Of a stretch of DNA of 64,000 bases, positions 62,718-64,000 are shown piece by piece. This DNA is from Stylophora pistillata (lineage: Eukaryota), in NCBI RefSeq assembly GCF_002571385.2, contig NW_019217839.1, positions 887,455 through 951,454 of the forward strand, written 5' to 3'. The notes under the pieces are model-generated. The model did not search any database and was not told the origin of the DNA. It saw only the letters and a program-made list of their open reading frames with translations. Both the position numbers and the translations under genes were made by a program. How positions within the stretch are numbered: the first letter of the stretch is position 1; every line of letters begins with the position of its first letter.

Positions 62718-63119
62718 TCAGTGCATTTTCTTGACGAGTGCAATGGTCAATTTCTCAGTCCATTTCCGAGGCAGCTCCTTGCCCTCTGTACAGTACAACT
62801 TGCGTGAGCGTCCCAGAAAAAGGTGAACGACAATTGGAAAGATAATTTTCTGCCGATCTCCTCTCTTCGTGGAATAAGCACTGTGCCAGCCTTCAGGAAA
62901 ATACCTTCGGTGGAACTCAGCCTCTGAAAGCCATATCTTTGTGTTTAAATTTAAAACAGTTCTTTTAACGACTTTTCTAAAAATATCATGTCTCATCTCC
63001 ACCGTTTTCTGTGTTAACAGGGGTTTGACAAGTCCACTCTCGATAGTATTTTTCAGTCTCTCGAGGTTCTCTGCAAAAACTTCCTCTGGGGGAGACGGAT
63101 TTCTGAAATAGCTGGACAA
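62718..63119 (-). CDS. Uncharacterised protein, probable terminal exon or fragment
   Basis: 133 open codons with protein-like composition, starting right after a possible acceptor (cccatag). No family recognised and no upstream exons identified. Confidence 0.4.
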   Translation of the reverse strand: MSSYFRNPSPPEEVFAENLERLKNTIESGLVKPLLTQKTVEMRHDIFRKVVKRTVLNLNTKIWLSEAEFHRRYFPEGWHSAYSTKRGDRQKIIFPIVVHLFLGRSRKLYCTEGKELPRKWTEKLTIALVKKMH

Positions 63120-64000
63120 ACTATGGGATGCATTTAACAGCGAGAAGATAATCCAACAGAAGAAAGTTTGTTACATGCGAAAATCTCCTCCGAATAAAAA
63201 CATTTCATTTATTTGAATGCTTGCATATGAAATAGTCAACGGAAGCGCCAGGTGGTCTACCAGGAATCGGCACAATTTCATTAAAATTTTGCTTTTGATC
63301 TAAAAGATACGAGCAGAGATATCTGAAAGGGAATGTGTCTAACACTTTTAGTGTCTAAAGCAGGACTTGCGGTAAAAGGCCGTAATTCAAAATGTGGGAT
63401 TCTGACTCCCACGTGTTGTGTTCGGACCCCCAACCTCACCACTTGACCAGATAAATAGGCCCCTCAGACTACAATGAAAGTCCATTTAAAGACAATGTTT
63501 GTCAGTACTTTGATGGCTTTTATTAAAGATTTATGAAGGTTTGTCATGGCAATCGTTTGATATCCTTACCTATGCGTTCTTTACCATCACCAACCGCTCA
63601 GCCTTGAAAACAACCTTCAGCGTTTTCCTTTTCTTCTTTTTTTGGCCCAACATCTAGAACATATTCCGCCATCGACAGTTTATTTAGGTCAGCAAAAGTT
63701 TATGCTGCGCTTATCTCAAGCCATTTTTCGGGTGTCACTCTATATACTTAAGCTTAACCCTCGCTTGAAACTGGAACACTAAGCAAATCCTCCCTGTCCT
63801 CTTGCGCGAAGACAGTTCCCAGCAACCGGTAGCCTCCGTAGCGGCCCTCTGGAGCCTGGCGCGAGAAGGGAAAATGAGGGCCTGCGGACAAGGCCGTTGT
63901 TTTTGACTATCCCCCGTTCAAATAGCGTATGTAAAATTTCATTGGACGATACGCTCACCGGACATGGTGGACGCGGAGAACAGTGGAGATTTTGATGATG

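Noticed and set aside
62718-63119. RAG2-like gene
   Set aside because: The orientation fits, but there are no kelch GG/Y/W repeats or PHD cysteines.

Overview
Eukaryotic, AT-rich, intron-containing draft assembly with several N gaps. The repeat families and genes suggest an anthozoan such as a stony coral (inference). Host genes reconstructed by splicing: a 5'-partial Ly6/uPAR (three-finger) protein with a probable GPI signal (+, 608-1980); a secreted signal-CTL-CTL-vWA protein (-, 6 coding exons, 488 aa, 12737-5561); an intronless type II NXPE/PC-esterase-like SGNH protein (-, 31798-30341); and a decayed opine dehydrogenase pseudogene (-, 45072-41489). The right third is a nest of mobile DNA. 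A degraded, intron-containing RAG1/Transib-like transposase is interrupted by a Kolobok-type element and an intact hAT transposon with a 6-bp TSD (shown twice around a gap), and is cut off by a Gypsy fragment that itself carries a LINE. Most interesting: (i) a tRNA-cored ~246-bp retro-repeat found as permuted multimers in head-to-head arms, with the same two outer ends in three insertions, ~12-bp TSDs in two of them, and covarying hairpins; (ii) two diverged LINEs that both begin with a gap-free 93-codon leader made of a signal-like segment plus a non-canonical 2A-like motif; (iii) the RAG1-core-like fossil; (iv) Penelope hammerhead motifs with a CCGA core. All calls were made by eye; no database searches were run.
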